In this document: positions 34,363 to 48,400 of the stretch, piece by piece | How the letters are laid out: each line of letters opens with the position of its first letter | How positions within the stretch are numbered: the stretch's first letter is position 1 | NCBI RefSeq assembly: GCF_964355755.1 | Contig: NC_092675.1 | Location: 30,910,912 to 30,974,911 of the forward strand | Source of the DNA: Antedon mediterranea | Lineage: Eukaryota; Animalia; Echinodermata | Length of the DNA: 64,000 bases | Direction: 5' to 3' | Translations under genes and position numbers: made by a program | The notes under the pieces: model-generated | Told to the model about the DNA's origin: nothing | Databases searched by the model: none | The model's input: the letters and a program-made list of their open reading frames with translations, nothing else

Positions 34363-36786
34363 TATATTTTACCTCAGCAACATGTAACATCGCCGCAAAA
34401 TTGTTTATACGTTTATTTTGATTGGCTAACTAAAGTACGGTCTAATGAATATTGATATCAGAAGATTCCCTAGCTTAGTGAAAAAGTTTTATTACCAAAA
34501 ATATGCTGATTACGTCACTACCGGAAGTTGTAGTCTAGCATGATGCAGACGCAATTGATTATGTACGTTTGTTAAACATATAAAAAGCTGTAAATTACCA
34601 CAAAACGACAATAGGAAAGAATTCAAAGAAATGCCCTACGTGTTCAAAATCATTGTTTTAATATAGTCTGTATGTATAACTAACAATTGACCTTGTGGAA
34701 GAGCGTATAAATTTAATTTAAAGTAAAACATGATTTACTCGCCAATTTGGTATTGGATATATAGCTCGTCATTTCGCATTTCGACGATCGAGCATTCTCT
34801 ACTTCTACGGAGCGCCATTTATGCCTTTATTTACTTACGAAATAGAAATAGTACTACGGTAGCTGCTCCAGTGGACCAAATTTAGCACTAGTGGAGCGCA
34901 GTGATATAAAATAGAAATAAGTCACTGAATTCTAATATATTTTCGTATGTTAATACACTGTGCTCAAGTGGACCCAATTTGGAGCCAGTGGAGCACAGTG
35001 ATATAAAATAGAAATAAGTCACTGAATTTTAATATCTTTTCGTATGTTAATACACTGTGCTCAAGAAGTGGACCCAATATGGAGCCAGTGGAGCAGTGAT
35101 ATAAAATAGAAATAAGTCACTGAATTTTAATATCTTTTCGTATGTTAATACACTGTGCTCAAGTGGACCCAACCCAATTTGGAGCTAGGGGAGCACAGTG
35201 ATATAGAAATGTCACTGAATTTTAATATCTTTTCGTATGTTAATACACTGTGCTCAAGTGGATCCAATTTGGAGCCAGTGGAGCACAGTGATATAAAATA
35301 GAAATAAGTCACTACATTTTAATATCTTTTCATATGTTAATACACTGTGCTCAAGTGGACACAATTTGGAGCCAGTGGAGCACAGTGATATAAATAAAAA
35401 AAAGTCACTGAATTTTAATATCTTTTCGTATGTTAATACACTGTGCTCAAGTGGACCCAATTTGGAGCCAGTGGAGCACAGTGATATAAAATAGAAAAAA
35501 GTCACTGAATTTTAATATCTTTTCGTATGTTAATACACTATGCTCAAGTGGACCCGATTTGGAGCCAGTGGAGCACAGTGATATAAAATAGAAATAAGTC
35601 ACTAAATTTTAATATCTTTTCGTATATTAATACACTGTGCTCAAGTGGACACAATTTGGAGCCAGGGGAGCACAGTGATATAAATAGAAAAAAGTCACTG
35701 AATTTTAATATCTTTTCGTATGTTAATACACTGTGCTCAAGTGGACCCAATTTGGAGCCAGTGGAGCACAGTGATATAAAATAGAAAAAAGTCACTGAAT
35801 CTTAATATCTTTTCGTATGTTAATACACTGTGCTCAAGTGGACCCAATTTGGCGAAAGGAGAGCACATACAGTGATATAAAATATAGAAATAAGTCATTG
35901 AATGTTAATATATTTTCGTATGTTAATATACTGTGCTCAAGTGGACCTAATTTGGCGCCAGCGGAGCACAGTGATATAAAATGGAAAAAGTCACTGAACT
36001 TTAATATCTTTTCGTATTTAATATACACTATGCTCAAGTGGACGCGATTTGGCGCGCGCGCCAGTGAGCACAGTAATATAAAAATAGAAAAAAGTCACTA
36101 AATTTTAATATCTTTTCGTATGTTAATACACTGTGCTCAAGTGGACCCAATTTGGCACCAATGGGAGCACAGGGAAATAGTCACATACAAAAACATCGAG
36201 AAAAAATACTTCTGGAATTTAAAAATATTTCAAACTTGGTATATATGTTCAATATCGGTTAGGTACTCCATCCGTAAACCAAACGAAAAAATAGTTTCAA
36301 GCCACATCAGTGATTTTAATAACTTGCGTTCGCTTAAGATAATACTTATGAAAAAACATATAATTCCGACACATGTTAAACTCTAATAATGATTTTGACA
36401 AAAAAAAAAAACGGTTAGGAATTCGATTTTTTCCCTGTAAATTGAGCAACTTAAATTAAAAATATACCAAGAAATATATATTGAAATCAAGGAGTTTTTT
36501 TTTTTTACAAAAGAAATGTTCGTATGTTAATACACTGTGCTCCAGTGGATCCAATTTGGCGCCAGTGGAGCACAGGGAAATAGTCACATACAAAAATTTC
36601 TAGAAAAAATATTTATCGAATTCAGAAATATTTCAAACTTGGTATATAAGTTCAATATCGGTTACTCCATCCGTAATGCAAAAGAAAAATTAGTTTCAAG
36701 CCACATTAGTGATTTTAATAATATCTCTCTTTCAAAATGAAATAAAGATAATATTTATTATTTTCCATAAAAAAAAAAAAAAATTC

Positions 36787-36855
36787 TGTAGAGGTTCGAA
36801 CCTGATCTACTAGTGTTGAGAGCACTCGAATCTGAGCATTACCCGTTACGCTACA
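36787..36855 (-). pseudogene. Degenerate tRNA-derived (A-box/B-box) remnant
   Basis: Minus strand gtagcgtaacggg..ggttcgaacc followed by a long T-run; no intact cloverleaf. Confidence 0.4.
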
Positions 36856-36958
36856 AAGTAGTTCATGACTGACCAGCTGATAAAAGTCTATTTATGCGTG
36901 CATTACGTAATTCATCATCACGTCATAACTATCATATTAACCTTGTTAAAACTAAAAT

Positions 36959-37031
36959 GACCAGTTAGCTCAGTCGCTTGAGCGTCGTGTTGACAACACG
37001 TATGTCGTGGGTTCGATTCCCATCCTGGTCG
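36959..37031 (+). pseudogene. tRNA-like sequence resembling tRNA-Ile(AAT) but with GAC anticodon; SINE head or tRNA pseudogene
   Basis: Acceptor GACCAG/CTGGTC, D-arm GCTC/GAGC, anticodon loop TTGACAA, T-arm GTGGG-TTCGATT-CCCAT; D-loop GG missing and two stem mismatches. Confidence 0.7.
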
Positions 37032-38127
37032 GTGGAATAGAGTTAAAGGTATGCGACCACTGTGTTTGGGGTTCACAGAATTATACGTCCCCCTTTCCAC
37101 CACACACCATGAGGCGACAACATCAATGCATCTGGTGATGTGGTGGAAATGACCCCAAAAGGCTGTGGCAGGGCCTTAGTGCTGAGGCAGGGAGAGCACA
37201 TTTAACACCTTTTTTTTATTTAAATTTTTTTTTTCAACAGTGTATTCGATTTTGTAAATTTTATGTTTGCCGCCCTCAATTTTAAAAATTGAATTGAATT
37301 TTTTTTTCATTGCAGGTGTACGAAACGGTTTGGTATGCCGTGCGTTGTTATGCAATGGTTGTGCAGGTGTAGTGGGAAAGATTGTATTGCGGTCAATACA
37401 AAATTGGTAGCGAAATGTCCGATTCATGCATGATATTATTGTATTGTAATATGTTATGAATAAACGTTTATGGTAGTTGGTGTGTGTATGGCCGAACCGT
37501 CCCAGAATAAACATGTTTTAAACAGATAGTTTGTCTCTCCGATGGTTTTTGTATGGGGACACTAAATAAGTATTTATTTTAGACAAACTCAAGTTATTAA
37601 AATTACTGATAGGACTTGAAACTAATTTTTCTTTTGCATTACGGATGAAGTAACCGATATTGAACATATACCAAGTTTGAAATATTTCTGTTCTCCACCA
37701 CTGGCGCCAAATTGTATCCACTGGAGCACAGTGTATTAACATACGAAAATATATTGAAACTTAAATTGGGTCCACTGGAGCACAGTGTATTAACATAGGA
37801 AAAGATATTAACATTCAGTGACTTATTTCTATGTTATATCATGTCACTGTGCTCCACTCGCTCCAAACTGGGTCCACTTGAGCACAGTGTATTAACATAC
37901 GAAAAGATATTGAAATAAGTGACTTCAAATTAGGTCCACTTGGGCACAGTGTATTAACATACGAAAAGATATTAAAATTAAGTGACGTTAGCCTATTTAT
38001 ATTTTATATCATTGTGCTCCACGAAACGGTTTGGTATGCTGTGCGTTGTTATGCAATGGTTGTGCAGGTGTAGTGAGAAAGATGGTATTGTTAGTCATTC
38101 GCAGTCAACACGCCACACTGTTAAATT

Positions 38128-38701
38128 CCAGGGGCGGATTGCTATAAGCGGTCTATAACCGGTCTTAGCGCTTAGCCGGCTATAATTCGTGACGTAGCAA
38201 GTAGTCTTATATTATAGACCATTGCTATACCGCGGTCTAACCTGTAAACGGTCTTTAAAATTAAAGCCTACTCGAAGGAGTCTTAAAACAGTCTTAAACC
38301 TCTCTTTTTGTTGCTTTTACGTATTATTTATCGTCAAAGACAACCAATTGAACGAGTTTTAAGTGTTAAATCAAATAATAACAGTGATTTTATTGTTATA
38401 TAGGCCTAGAATGGATTTTCTCGCGTAGAAATGTACGTACTGTTAACAAAGAATATAAATATTATCTTTGCTGTTAAGTTATGATTGTGAATTGAACAAG
38501 CGTGACGAACATTACCTTATTTGGTATTCTACGCGCAAAGTACGCCCTCAATTTGTTACTTTACGTGGTCTTATTTAAGACTGTTTTATAGCAATGGTCT
38601 ATCATGAGTGGCTTTAATAAGACCGTCTATCTGATAAAGCCGGCTTTAATCGGGGAGTTAAGACCATCAGTTAAGACTGTTTTATAGCAATCCACCCCTG
38701 G
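38128..38701. mobile_element. MITE, probably PIF/Harbinger-like, nested in the second foldback
   Basis: TIR ccaggggcggattgctataa / ttatagcaatccacccctgg; TSD not cleanly resolved. Confidence 0.65.
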
Positions 38702-39496
38702 TAATCAATGTTTAAAAAGGCATAAATGGCGCTCCGTAGAGAAGTAGAGTTGAATATACCTCTGCATTTTGGATAATTTTCTAAAAATATTATTTCGTTA
38801 GTTCAATAAATTTATCTTTATCTTTATCTTTATTTATTCAAGATCCAACAACAGTGTATAAATGGTAAACAATACACAAAATACACAGACAATTTAAATA
38901 AAACAGATATTTAGATGATAGAAAAATTCAAGGTACATTGTTGATTAATAGAAGATTTTTAGTAATTCCATGCTAGTTCTGCAAGGATTTTTTTTTTATA
39001 TTAGGTCTATTTTTTTTTACCTAACTTACAATGATTACAATACAAATACAAGAAAACAATAATAAACAAATATAAATAAAAGAACTCTGTGTTTTCTTGT
39101 TTAATTTAATATTTAGTTATTTAAAAAGTTTGAAACCAGTTAAGAGGGTACGTAATTTTAAACAGTTTATTTATTTTGCACAATAATAATATAGAAATAA
39201 ATTATATTGTACAAATATGAAAATAAAATTACATTTATTTTAAGCATGTTAAATGTACAATAAATTTGGTCAACCACTGTTTTACTTTGAGCAGGTACTA
39301 ATTAATATAATTGGTTCAAATTTTGTAATGGGTGATAAATATAAATATCCTGGCAATTCTTTATAAGAAAGTTCACAAAATTAAAACTCGAGGATCGGAG
39401 AAATGAAACGTGAGACGAATCTCTAGCTTGAAATTTGCCACTGTCGAAGAAATGCCCTCGCGGCGATGTTGGATTATTGTACTGTATCCTGTTTTC

Positions 39497-42400
39497 ATGA
39501 GAGAGAGAATGGTAAGTATGTTTTTCTATTTTCAAGTGTGTTTTATCATTATTTTTCTATAAATATTTATAAGATTAACCGTTCGAACTTGTATTAAGGA
39601 AATCATTCTTTAATACTGTTTCTTTAAAAGCAATATTAGAACGGTAAATTCTATGATTATTATTTTAAAAAGTCCGTCATCTTTTTATATCAGATTTATT
39701 CACTTTTTCAATCCAGCCGGCCACCTCTCTAGCATAGCAGAGCCTAGGTATCATGTGCGGACAGAGTGCGGTGTGGTCTCACTGCTTTCGTACCACATAT
39801 CGGGGGGGAGCACTAGTTAATTTTCCTCTTGATCTAGACCTATACTAGTCTGCGTCTTCACAAATGTGTACATATGTTTTAGGTATTTTTTACCTCATAC
39901 CGTTTGTTTTTGTTTATTTCTAGGCCTATAAACATTTCTCTTGTTTTTTTTTAATGTTTTGATTTTCAACAAAATGTTCTGAATGTAGGCCTAGGTTTAT
40001 TTTTGTCAAGACTTTCAGATTTCACTGTTTTTTTGCTCCTTTCTTGAGAGTTTGTCAAACACATACAATGTAAAAATCACCCACCACACCTCTATTACAG
40101 TAGTATTAGCATTTACAGATGCCTCTTAGTCTTAGAAATTTTCTTCTATCAGAAAAATGTGGAATGTATTAATAATTATATTGAAAGTAAAATATGTTTT
40201 TCTAATTGAATCCAGTGTTTTATTATATTTATTTTCACCGTATGTTGTTCTTTTCCAACATGTTACTAATAAAAAGCTTCAGCTGGATTGACCACCTTCA
40301 TTAAATATTGTTGAAATAACATTAAATAAAAAAATTAAAACAAATAAGACCTCATGGCCTATGTGGGCAAAGTGAAACTTATACTACTTAATTAAACGAT
40401 TATATTATTATTATGTTAATTATAGAAAATCGTGTTAATAATAATCAGATTACGTTACATTACCGAAAGTGCTATTATACTCATTCACCATATAATGGAA
40501 ATCTACCAGATGGAACAGTATTTTGTTTGACTTTATAACAAAAGAACAATATTTTTTTGGTTGCCAGATTAAATGAAAGTATGTCATAATATTTAAATTG
40601 CATTATAACACAAGTGAATATTAAAACAATGTGACAATGGGCCTGTTTCTGCTGCATAAAAAATAACCGGTTAAAATCGGTGTGAATAAATTAAAATCGG
40701 TGTGAATAAATTAACTCCATTTTCTTGGCAGCAGAAACAGGACAAATTTGTGGTAACCGGTTAAAAACACCAATTTAAATCGGTGTTAGAACGCCGTTTA
40801 ACCGGTTATCGCTGAGCAATTCTTAGCTGCAACACGAAATAACGGTTATTTGATTGACAGTTGTGACCCCGGGTCAGATACCGTCGCATACACGATGTGT
40901 GTTTTCCTCGTGGTTTTGACAGTCGAACGAAGAAGTGAACATGTATGTGGATGAATGAAATCACAAGATATGTTATTCAGTTGTGGGGGGAGAGAAAGTA
41001 CGGAGAAGGATGGCAGGCAATAGAAAAGAATCACAGATAATAAATAAGAGCATTTTTGCGAAAGTAAAAGAGGAATTTGGGGTGGAGTTCCGGGGACTAC
41101 CCAACAAGCTTCTAAGCAATTTGAGGCGTTAGTACACGCTCGCGAACGAAGGAGAGGGTATGGATGGTCCTATATAAACACCAAAACGGAAACAAAAGGG
41201 ACTCAGAATGTTGGAAATACCTACCAAACGAGAGTAGATAATGGTTAATTAATTATGAAAACCCAAATTTTATAGCAAAAATCATCCGAATTTATGTTAT
41301 AAACGATGAATTTAGCAACAAAAACTTAATCCAAACGAGCGTATTTATGGCACGCCCTTAGTGCCTTTAATAGGAGAACAATGAACAATCTTACTTTGAT
41401 CATTTTACATATAATTTTTTTAGAAAAACATCACATCGACCGCAAACAAAGGTTATAAGAGCCTTTGATAATATATTAAATATGATTTTATTAAGCATAG
41501 AAATGTGTTATTATTTATGTTAGTACATAAATATACGAAACAATGTTTAATATTGTTTCCGTTTGGTTTTTTGTAGGACTGCGCTCGCGAAAGACAACAG
41601 TCGTTCACGTGGGAAGGGCCGTGTGTCATATCGCCTTTGTTGAGGAATTAGGCTAGATAAAAATTATCCTAGGCGGTCGGGCGCTGCACGACCCTCCCCA
41701 TGTTATTGAAGGCGCCATGAGAATTAATTTTATTACCGATGGTAAGTAGGCTTTACAAAAAAACAAAATTTGTAGACCTGGAGACAACATTTTATTATGT
41801 TAACATGTTTAAGATGGCAATATCACACACGTGTGTACTACCGTGTACTGATGTCGATGTAAACAAACAGCCAACTTACTACTTCCGTCTGAGTGTATTG
41901 CATTTTGGGTAATGATGACGTTTTGCTCGACGACCACCCATAGATTTAACCGGTTATTTCGGAGCACAAATTGAGCAGAAACGCGGTCTTGTTATTGTTA
42001 TCTATTTTTAATCTATTTTAAAATAACCGGTTAAATTGCGTTATGCAGCAGAAACAGACCCAATGTGACAATGTGACAATGAAACATTTTCTTTTGTACT
42101 ATCCAATGTCAATCTTGGAATACCAGAACAATATAGACTGATAACTAATCATATGAAACTCTAGAAAGCTTTTTGCCATTAAAAAAAATTTTATTAAAAC
42201 AGATTATTCTCTACGAATGTTTGATAACATTTATTACTGTACATATTTCTTTTCCTTATATACACTTTACAGTAGTATTTCATTTCCACAAAGACATAAA
42301 AAACAACCACAGTCCGCCAATACACATATTTTATGTTTTGTTGGAAATTAAGCATAAATGAAAATTGCCAATTAATAACATTAAATGCTAAATTTGAAGT

Positions 42401-45400
42401 ATTAATAAATTAAGATAAGAACACATCAATGTGTAAAGTTTAAAATGTAGGAATAGGACAAGCCGGTTACTTTCAAATTTAGTTCTAATAAAAGTAGAAC
42501 TGGCTTGTTGTTGCAAAGATAAAGGAAATCCTAGAAGACATTATTAAGTTTACTTGACTTCTTTAGATTGATGTCAAAGGTCATCTTTGAATAAACTAAT
42601 TTGTATGCTCAATTAACAAACCTTCCAAATGAGTTTATTTTGTTGTGGATTAATAAACCATCATGTATGATCTTTATATTAATTGTTTGTTTTATTTATG
42701 CACACATCCTGGTATGTTTATTCATAGAGATATTATAGTAATATCTCTATGGTTTATTCAAAGAAAAAAGCGATTAAAATAAATCTTAGAAAAAAAGTAT
42801 AAAAAGAAAATTGTGATTTGAGATTAATTGTAATACTTGTTTTTATCATATCAAATCAGTGACACACACAGGTACAGACACTAATCGGCATCCTTCTCCT
42901 TGCCAATGCTCATTTCGATCGAAAAGCAAGTTGATGTTAGTTTTAGAAAATCCATAAAAGATATTTAGATTATTATTGTTATATTGTATACTTATTAAAT
43001 GTGAAAAAAGATCGAATGTCATATACAGTACAGTGTTCAAAACAGTGTGTGGTAAAGCACTAAACACTTTTAATTTTCAAGATTCACATTGAACCCACTC
43101 CCCACCCTCCCAAATCCTCCTTGCTGAGTAATAGAATTTCGTCTGTGCCTATAAAATTAATTAAAAGTGATATTTTCAAGAGTAATTTATTGAAATGAAA
43201 TCTATGTTAGCTTTTTAAACAGTATGTTTTATTTTATTAAAATCTCCAAAGCAGCAGCTGTAAATGAAAGTTTTAGCACTTAGACTATACTTGGCAGCCT
43301 TTTAGCAAGACTGTACTTGGCGGCCTTTCAATAATATTGATTCTGACATCAACACATTAATACACAAATTGTATTTCATAACATTGAACAATACTTCTTT
43401 CAATTGTCTATAATATATATTGTTTGAAGGTTTTCATGATGAAATCAATATGTTGAAAACCATGAGTTATAGTTCTGAAAGAACTGTTGAGTTTCTCAAC
43501 ATTTCAATCAATATACTTCGATCATCCTTTATTCAATTAAGCTTTATTGCAACAAAATTGCAAAGAAAAACATATATAAATATGTGTGAACTTTATTCGA
43601 ACAATCATACATTTTTTTGGTATTATAATGGTAACTAAACCAGTGAATTTTGGTATTATAATGGTAACTAAACCAGTGAATTTTACCAAAAAAATTTATA
43701 TTTTATAAAATATATACTGCAGTGATTATTTACAGTAATGATAATAATAAAAATTAATTGTTTATTTATATTTGACTATTATTGGAAACAGAAGTTGAAT
43801 AATAAAATATTGAAAAATACAAAGTTTCATTAGAGGTTTGGAAATGGAAACAATTCACATTATGATTTAACAACCATATAAGTCATAGTCATAGTCATAT
43901 ATACTTTATTGTCCATTTAAAAAACAGAAATGTGATTTGAAAACTGGCAAAATACACAAATATAAAATACAATTTACAAAAACACACACAAAAAGTTAAG
44001 AGGCTAAAAATTGTTAAAATTAGATAAAAATTATTATTATTTAATTATATTATATGATTTATTATTATATTGAACTAACGATGATTTAAAGTTTATATAA
44101 AAGCATTAAAACTATAAAAATAAACAAAAGCGGTTACATTTTACCTTTGTACTCTGGAGTTATATAAGTGTATAGCATTAGGTACAAACGAGCACCTAAA
44201 CCGTTTTGTTTTGGTATTAAGTGCACGTAGTCTTATGCCAGAATTCATGAGAGCAAATTGTTTGTGAAGAGGATGTGTTTCATCATCAATGATACTTTTT
44301 ACTTTTTTTAACACATTTTCTTTATACAAGGATTCAACATCAATAAAACTGTATTTAAATAAAAATTTAAAAAACAGTAGGCCTATATGTATAAAATATT
44401 TACAATTCAAAGAAATGCCTTCAATATATCGATGAAAAATATGACAGAGAAGGAATTTGTTATTGTGATATTGCGAAAATAATAAAGAGTAGATAAAAAT
44501 TAATCCTTTAAATCAACATATTCTATAAATAAATATTTCAATTTAAACGTAGATTAAATTTAGAATCAACTATACATTATGTCTTTGTGGTTTTCTTTTT
44601 TCCAAGACTTTACACTTTTTTTAATCAACAAGAACTCCACATGTAATTAACATTTTTATCTACTATATTTGATCATTTTGAAGAGTATGATGCTTTTGAG
44701 TCAATCTGTTTTTGTTTGTAAATATTGTATTATGAATATGAAAAAGATGAGTCATGCTCATTAGATTTTAGTGTGGGTTCCAAATGGAGTTTTGACTTAA
44801 TACTGTAATAATATTAGTTAAAAAAGATGATTATTTTGGCACATGTGGCGTTTCATATGTACTGTACACTATGTATTTTCAGAAAAAATTTGAAATGTGG
44901 ACTAACATAAAAAAGACAATAAATGCAGACTTTATATTTGTTGTGAAACAGTGAGTTGTCTTTGTTTCCCTTTATTCAATGAATCTTAATCAACGGATCT
45001 TGCATTTATAAATTCAATTTTGAAATGTATTAATACATATTCAAGTTAGTACAGTAGGTAAGATGAATTTGATCTTCATGATACAATTAAGAATTGCAAA
45101 AAAGTCAGGCAGGACATAAAATCCACATAATTAGTTTTAAAAAATGCAAAAAAAACAATACATACAGAGTTGACTATATCTTAATTATTAACATAAAAAT
45201 CATAGTAAACATGATTGTTAAATTGCTAGATCTTTTTTTTCCATAACTACCTAAAATGTTATTCATTATTGTATAGTCTGCAAATAGACCCTTAAATTGG
45301 TATATAGTTAAGACATGGTGTCACCATGACATGGTGTCACCATATATGCAATTAACTAATAGTAATACCAGTGACTTTTTGAGCTATATTTGATGAGAAA

Positions 45401-48400
45401 ATGACACGCCTACATAGTTTGAGTTACCACCACCAGTAGAAGCAGTTGAACAACCAGATGCATCATAATACATTGAATATTCAACCACACACATGGAATA
45501 GAAACATATGTGAAAACAGACAGACATACTCAGACAGACAGACAGACAGACAGACAGACATACTCAGCGTGTAAATTATAATAAGTCACAAAATCAAACC
45601 GTAATATATTAGAGTACATGAATAAGAGAAAGTTAATAGCAAACATTTTAAGCGTTACGTGATATTGTCAGCCTTTGGCACACAATGCAGTATTTGCTAC
45701 TATCACAACAATGAGAGAAGGTCTATACAGTAGGTATTAAAGAATTAAAGAACATATGTATAAACAATGTCATTTATTATAATCTACGTTTAATTACTTG
45801 AAATGCTCATGCTGATGCACTACAACACATGTTACTGTTTGTTTTGTTTTGTTTTTTTTTTTTTTTGTCTTTTTACTCTCTAAATTTAATCAGCTGATAT
45901 AGAACTTAAATATACACGGAAGGTAAAGGAATCATTTTAATTAATTGCTGGTACATTTTGCCAGAGTGACTTTATAGTCTGTCTGCATTTGCCTTGGATC
46001 AAACTTCCAGGAAATGGTTAAATACTTTCTTCCTTTAATAAACAATGGATTGTTTATGATGACTGCATTGAATGCCTTGCATTAAGTATGAACTGAGCTC
46101 TGGTAGGTTAACATAACACACAGGTCTCTGGAGGTGGCCACTGGTAAGAATATTATAGTGTTACTTAGCATTCATGCAATTACTGCTGTAAGTAATAGTA
46201 TGTTGCTTTATGTGCCTCTCTAAATTGAGTGAAGGGAGTGAGTGGAAACAGTTTGTAAATCACAACTAAATTGAGTGAAGGGAGTGAGTGGAAACAGTTT
46301 GTAAATCACAACTAAATTGAGTGAAGGGAGTGAGTGGAAACAGTTTGTAAATCACAACTAAATTGAGTGAAGGGAGTGAGTGGAAACAGTTTGTAAATCA
46401 CAACTAAATTGAGTGAAGGGAGTGAGTGGAAACAGTTTGTAAATCACAACTAAATTGAGTGAAGGGAGTGAGTGGAAACAGTTTGTAAATCACAACTAAA
46501 TTGAGTGAAGGGAGTGAGTGGAAACAGTTTGTAAATCACAACTAAATTGAGTGAAAGGAGTGAGTGGAAACAGTTTGTAAATCACAACTAAATTGAGTGA
46601 AGGGAGTGAGTGGAAACAGTTTGTAAATCACAACTAAATTGAGTGAAGGGAGTGAGTGGAAACAGTTTGTAAATCACAACTAAATTGAGTGAAGGGAGTG
46701 AGTGGAAACAGTTTGTAAATCACAACGAAATTTTGATATTGATCATTTTTAGGAACACAATTTCAGATTATAGGCCTACACAGTAAGTATAGTTTAAAGA
46801 GGTCATAGACCTGAAGAAATGCATACAGAATTTAAAAACATTCATTAGTCTGTACATGAGTGTACTGCTAAGTAGTAGCTACAATTTTTATTTATTTATT
46901 TATTAAAGATCCAACAGTCAAAAACCAATACAGGATAGCCATACAGTAATAATAATATAAAATGTGGTTTACATAAAAATATATCCAACATACTGCAAGA
47001 TCCAAGGCACTGGGCCTAAAATTCAAAATCCTGGATCCGCCAATGTACAGTAAGAAAACAAACATATTATTATGTATTAAGGAATGGCATAAAAAATAAA
47101 GCGTCGTTATAGTTAAAAGTTGGTAGTTCAGGTCTCCAGACATTTTCGTCATAGTGGATGTGGGCGTCTACCTCCACCAAGCACGAGTACTTTATGACGT
47201 CAAGTTAAAATATAAAAAAATCTCATATCAATTGATTAGATTAACATATCCAGTAAATTGTATTCACATTTCCCACAATGTCATTATGTAATTAGGTTAT
47301 ATGCATTATCATGCATATAACCTCTTGATTCTGTCAAAATCTTTATTTATTTATTTATTTATTCTTTCCTTAGCACTATTTTGTCCGTGAATTATCTTGA
47401 TATCAGTTTCATCTATTTAAGTCAATTTTTCAGAGTATATTCCTTATGGCCAGGAATCGATGTGGTTATATTTTCACGATGCGTAATCAAAAATTACGCG
47501 GTCTACGCGCGATTTTACGAAATCACGTTTGTAATCATATCTTCACAAGCATGAATCACAATTAAACAAAATTTGGTACTCATAAATTTCAGGTCATATT
47601 TCATCATATGGCAATACAATTACGTGCGTAGCGCATATAACGCTTGCGTACGCGCGCTTAAAATGTTCAAAATTGTCAAAATTTATTTTCGATGAAATTA
47701 GAGTACGTTTCAGGCAATTTTAAGCGTTTAAAAAATTGCCATGAGTGCGCAGATTTTTGCACGCGCACTGCGCGTTATACGTTAATGCGCACTCTTTTTG
47801 TCCGATTTCGGTTGTACAACCTTTCTTTAATAATATCATCATATTTTATTCACTTTTCAACGCGTAATTGCCTTATACGAGCACGTCAAAAGTGACAGGC
47901 TACGCACGTGTAAGTTAACAAAATGGTGAAAATATGCTAAATTTTAAAATTAATATAGATCGTCAGAATGCTCGGGAACACATATTTTTTATTTAATTTT
48001 CTTGAAGTGTATGTATCTTATGTATGATTTATTATTAAACTAAGGGAACAAAAGTTGATTAAGCCATAATTAATTGCATATTAAATTTAAAAAAATTCAT
48101 TTCGACAATCAAACAAATTATGACATTTTCTTAGGCCAAAATAACAAACTTAACATTAACTTTCTTCCTTCAAAAGTTCATATATTAAAGTTAAAAGTAT
48201 ATAGTTTGACAGTGTATCATTTTTGTACATTTTTAGAGATGTCATCATAGTAAAAAATTATAATTCATTGCGGTATGTAATAATCTATCTGCACCAAAGT
48301 GGTTACTGCATAGTAAATACACGGAGGAATTTTTCTACAATTTTTAGTCAGTTGTGTATGGCTCGGTGGTGTGTGCTCGTGTCTATGGCACTCAAGGTAC

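Larger units (their letters stand above)
25522..34766. mobile_element. Non-autonomous Foldback/MULE-like element, 9245 bp, 9-bp TSD
   Basis: TSD cgtcatttc at 25513-25521 and 34767-34775; about 47-bp imperfect terminal inverted repeats; oppositely oriented arrays of a 101-bp unit in the two arms; no transposase ORF seen. Confidence 0.85.
34797..38749. mobile_element. Second foldback-type non-autonomous element, about 3.95 kb
   Basis: TIR ctctacttct(ct)acggagcgccatttatgccttt at both ends; 96-97-bp array at 34860-36180 (about 13 copies) with inverted copies at 37700-38020; 36520-36770 mirrors 37540-37760. Only TT flanks both sides, superfamily unclear. Confidence 0.72.

Noticed and set aside
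25752-36386. ORFs in the 101-bp, 15-bp and 97-bp repeat arrays as transposase or cargo genes
   Set aside because: Low-complexity repeat translations with no DDE or zinc-finger motifs.
36959-37031. Functional tRNA-Val(GAC)
   Set aside because: Lacks D-loop GG, has stem mismatches, resembles tRNA-Ile and sits inside a mobile element.
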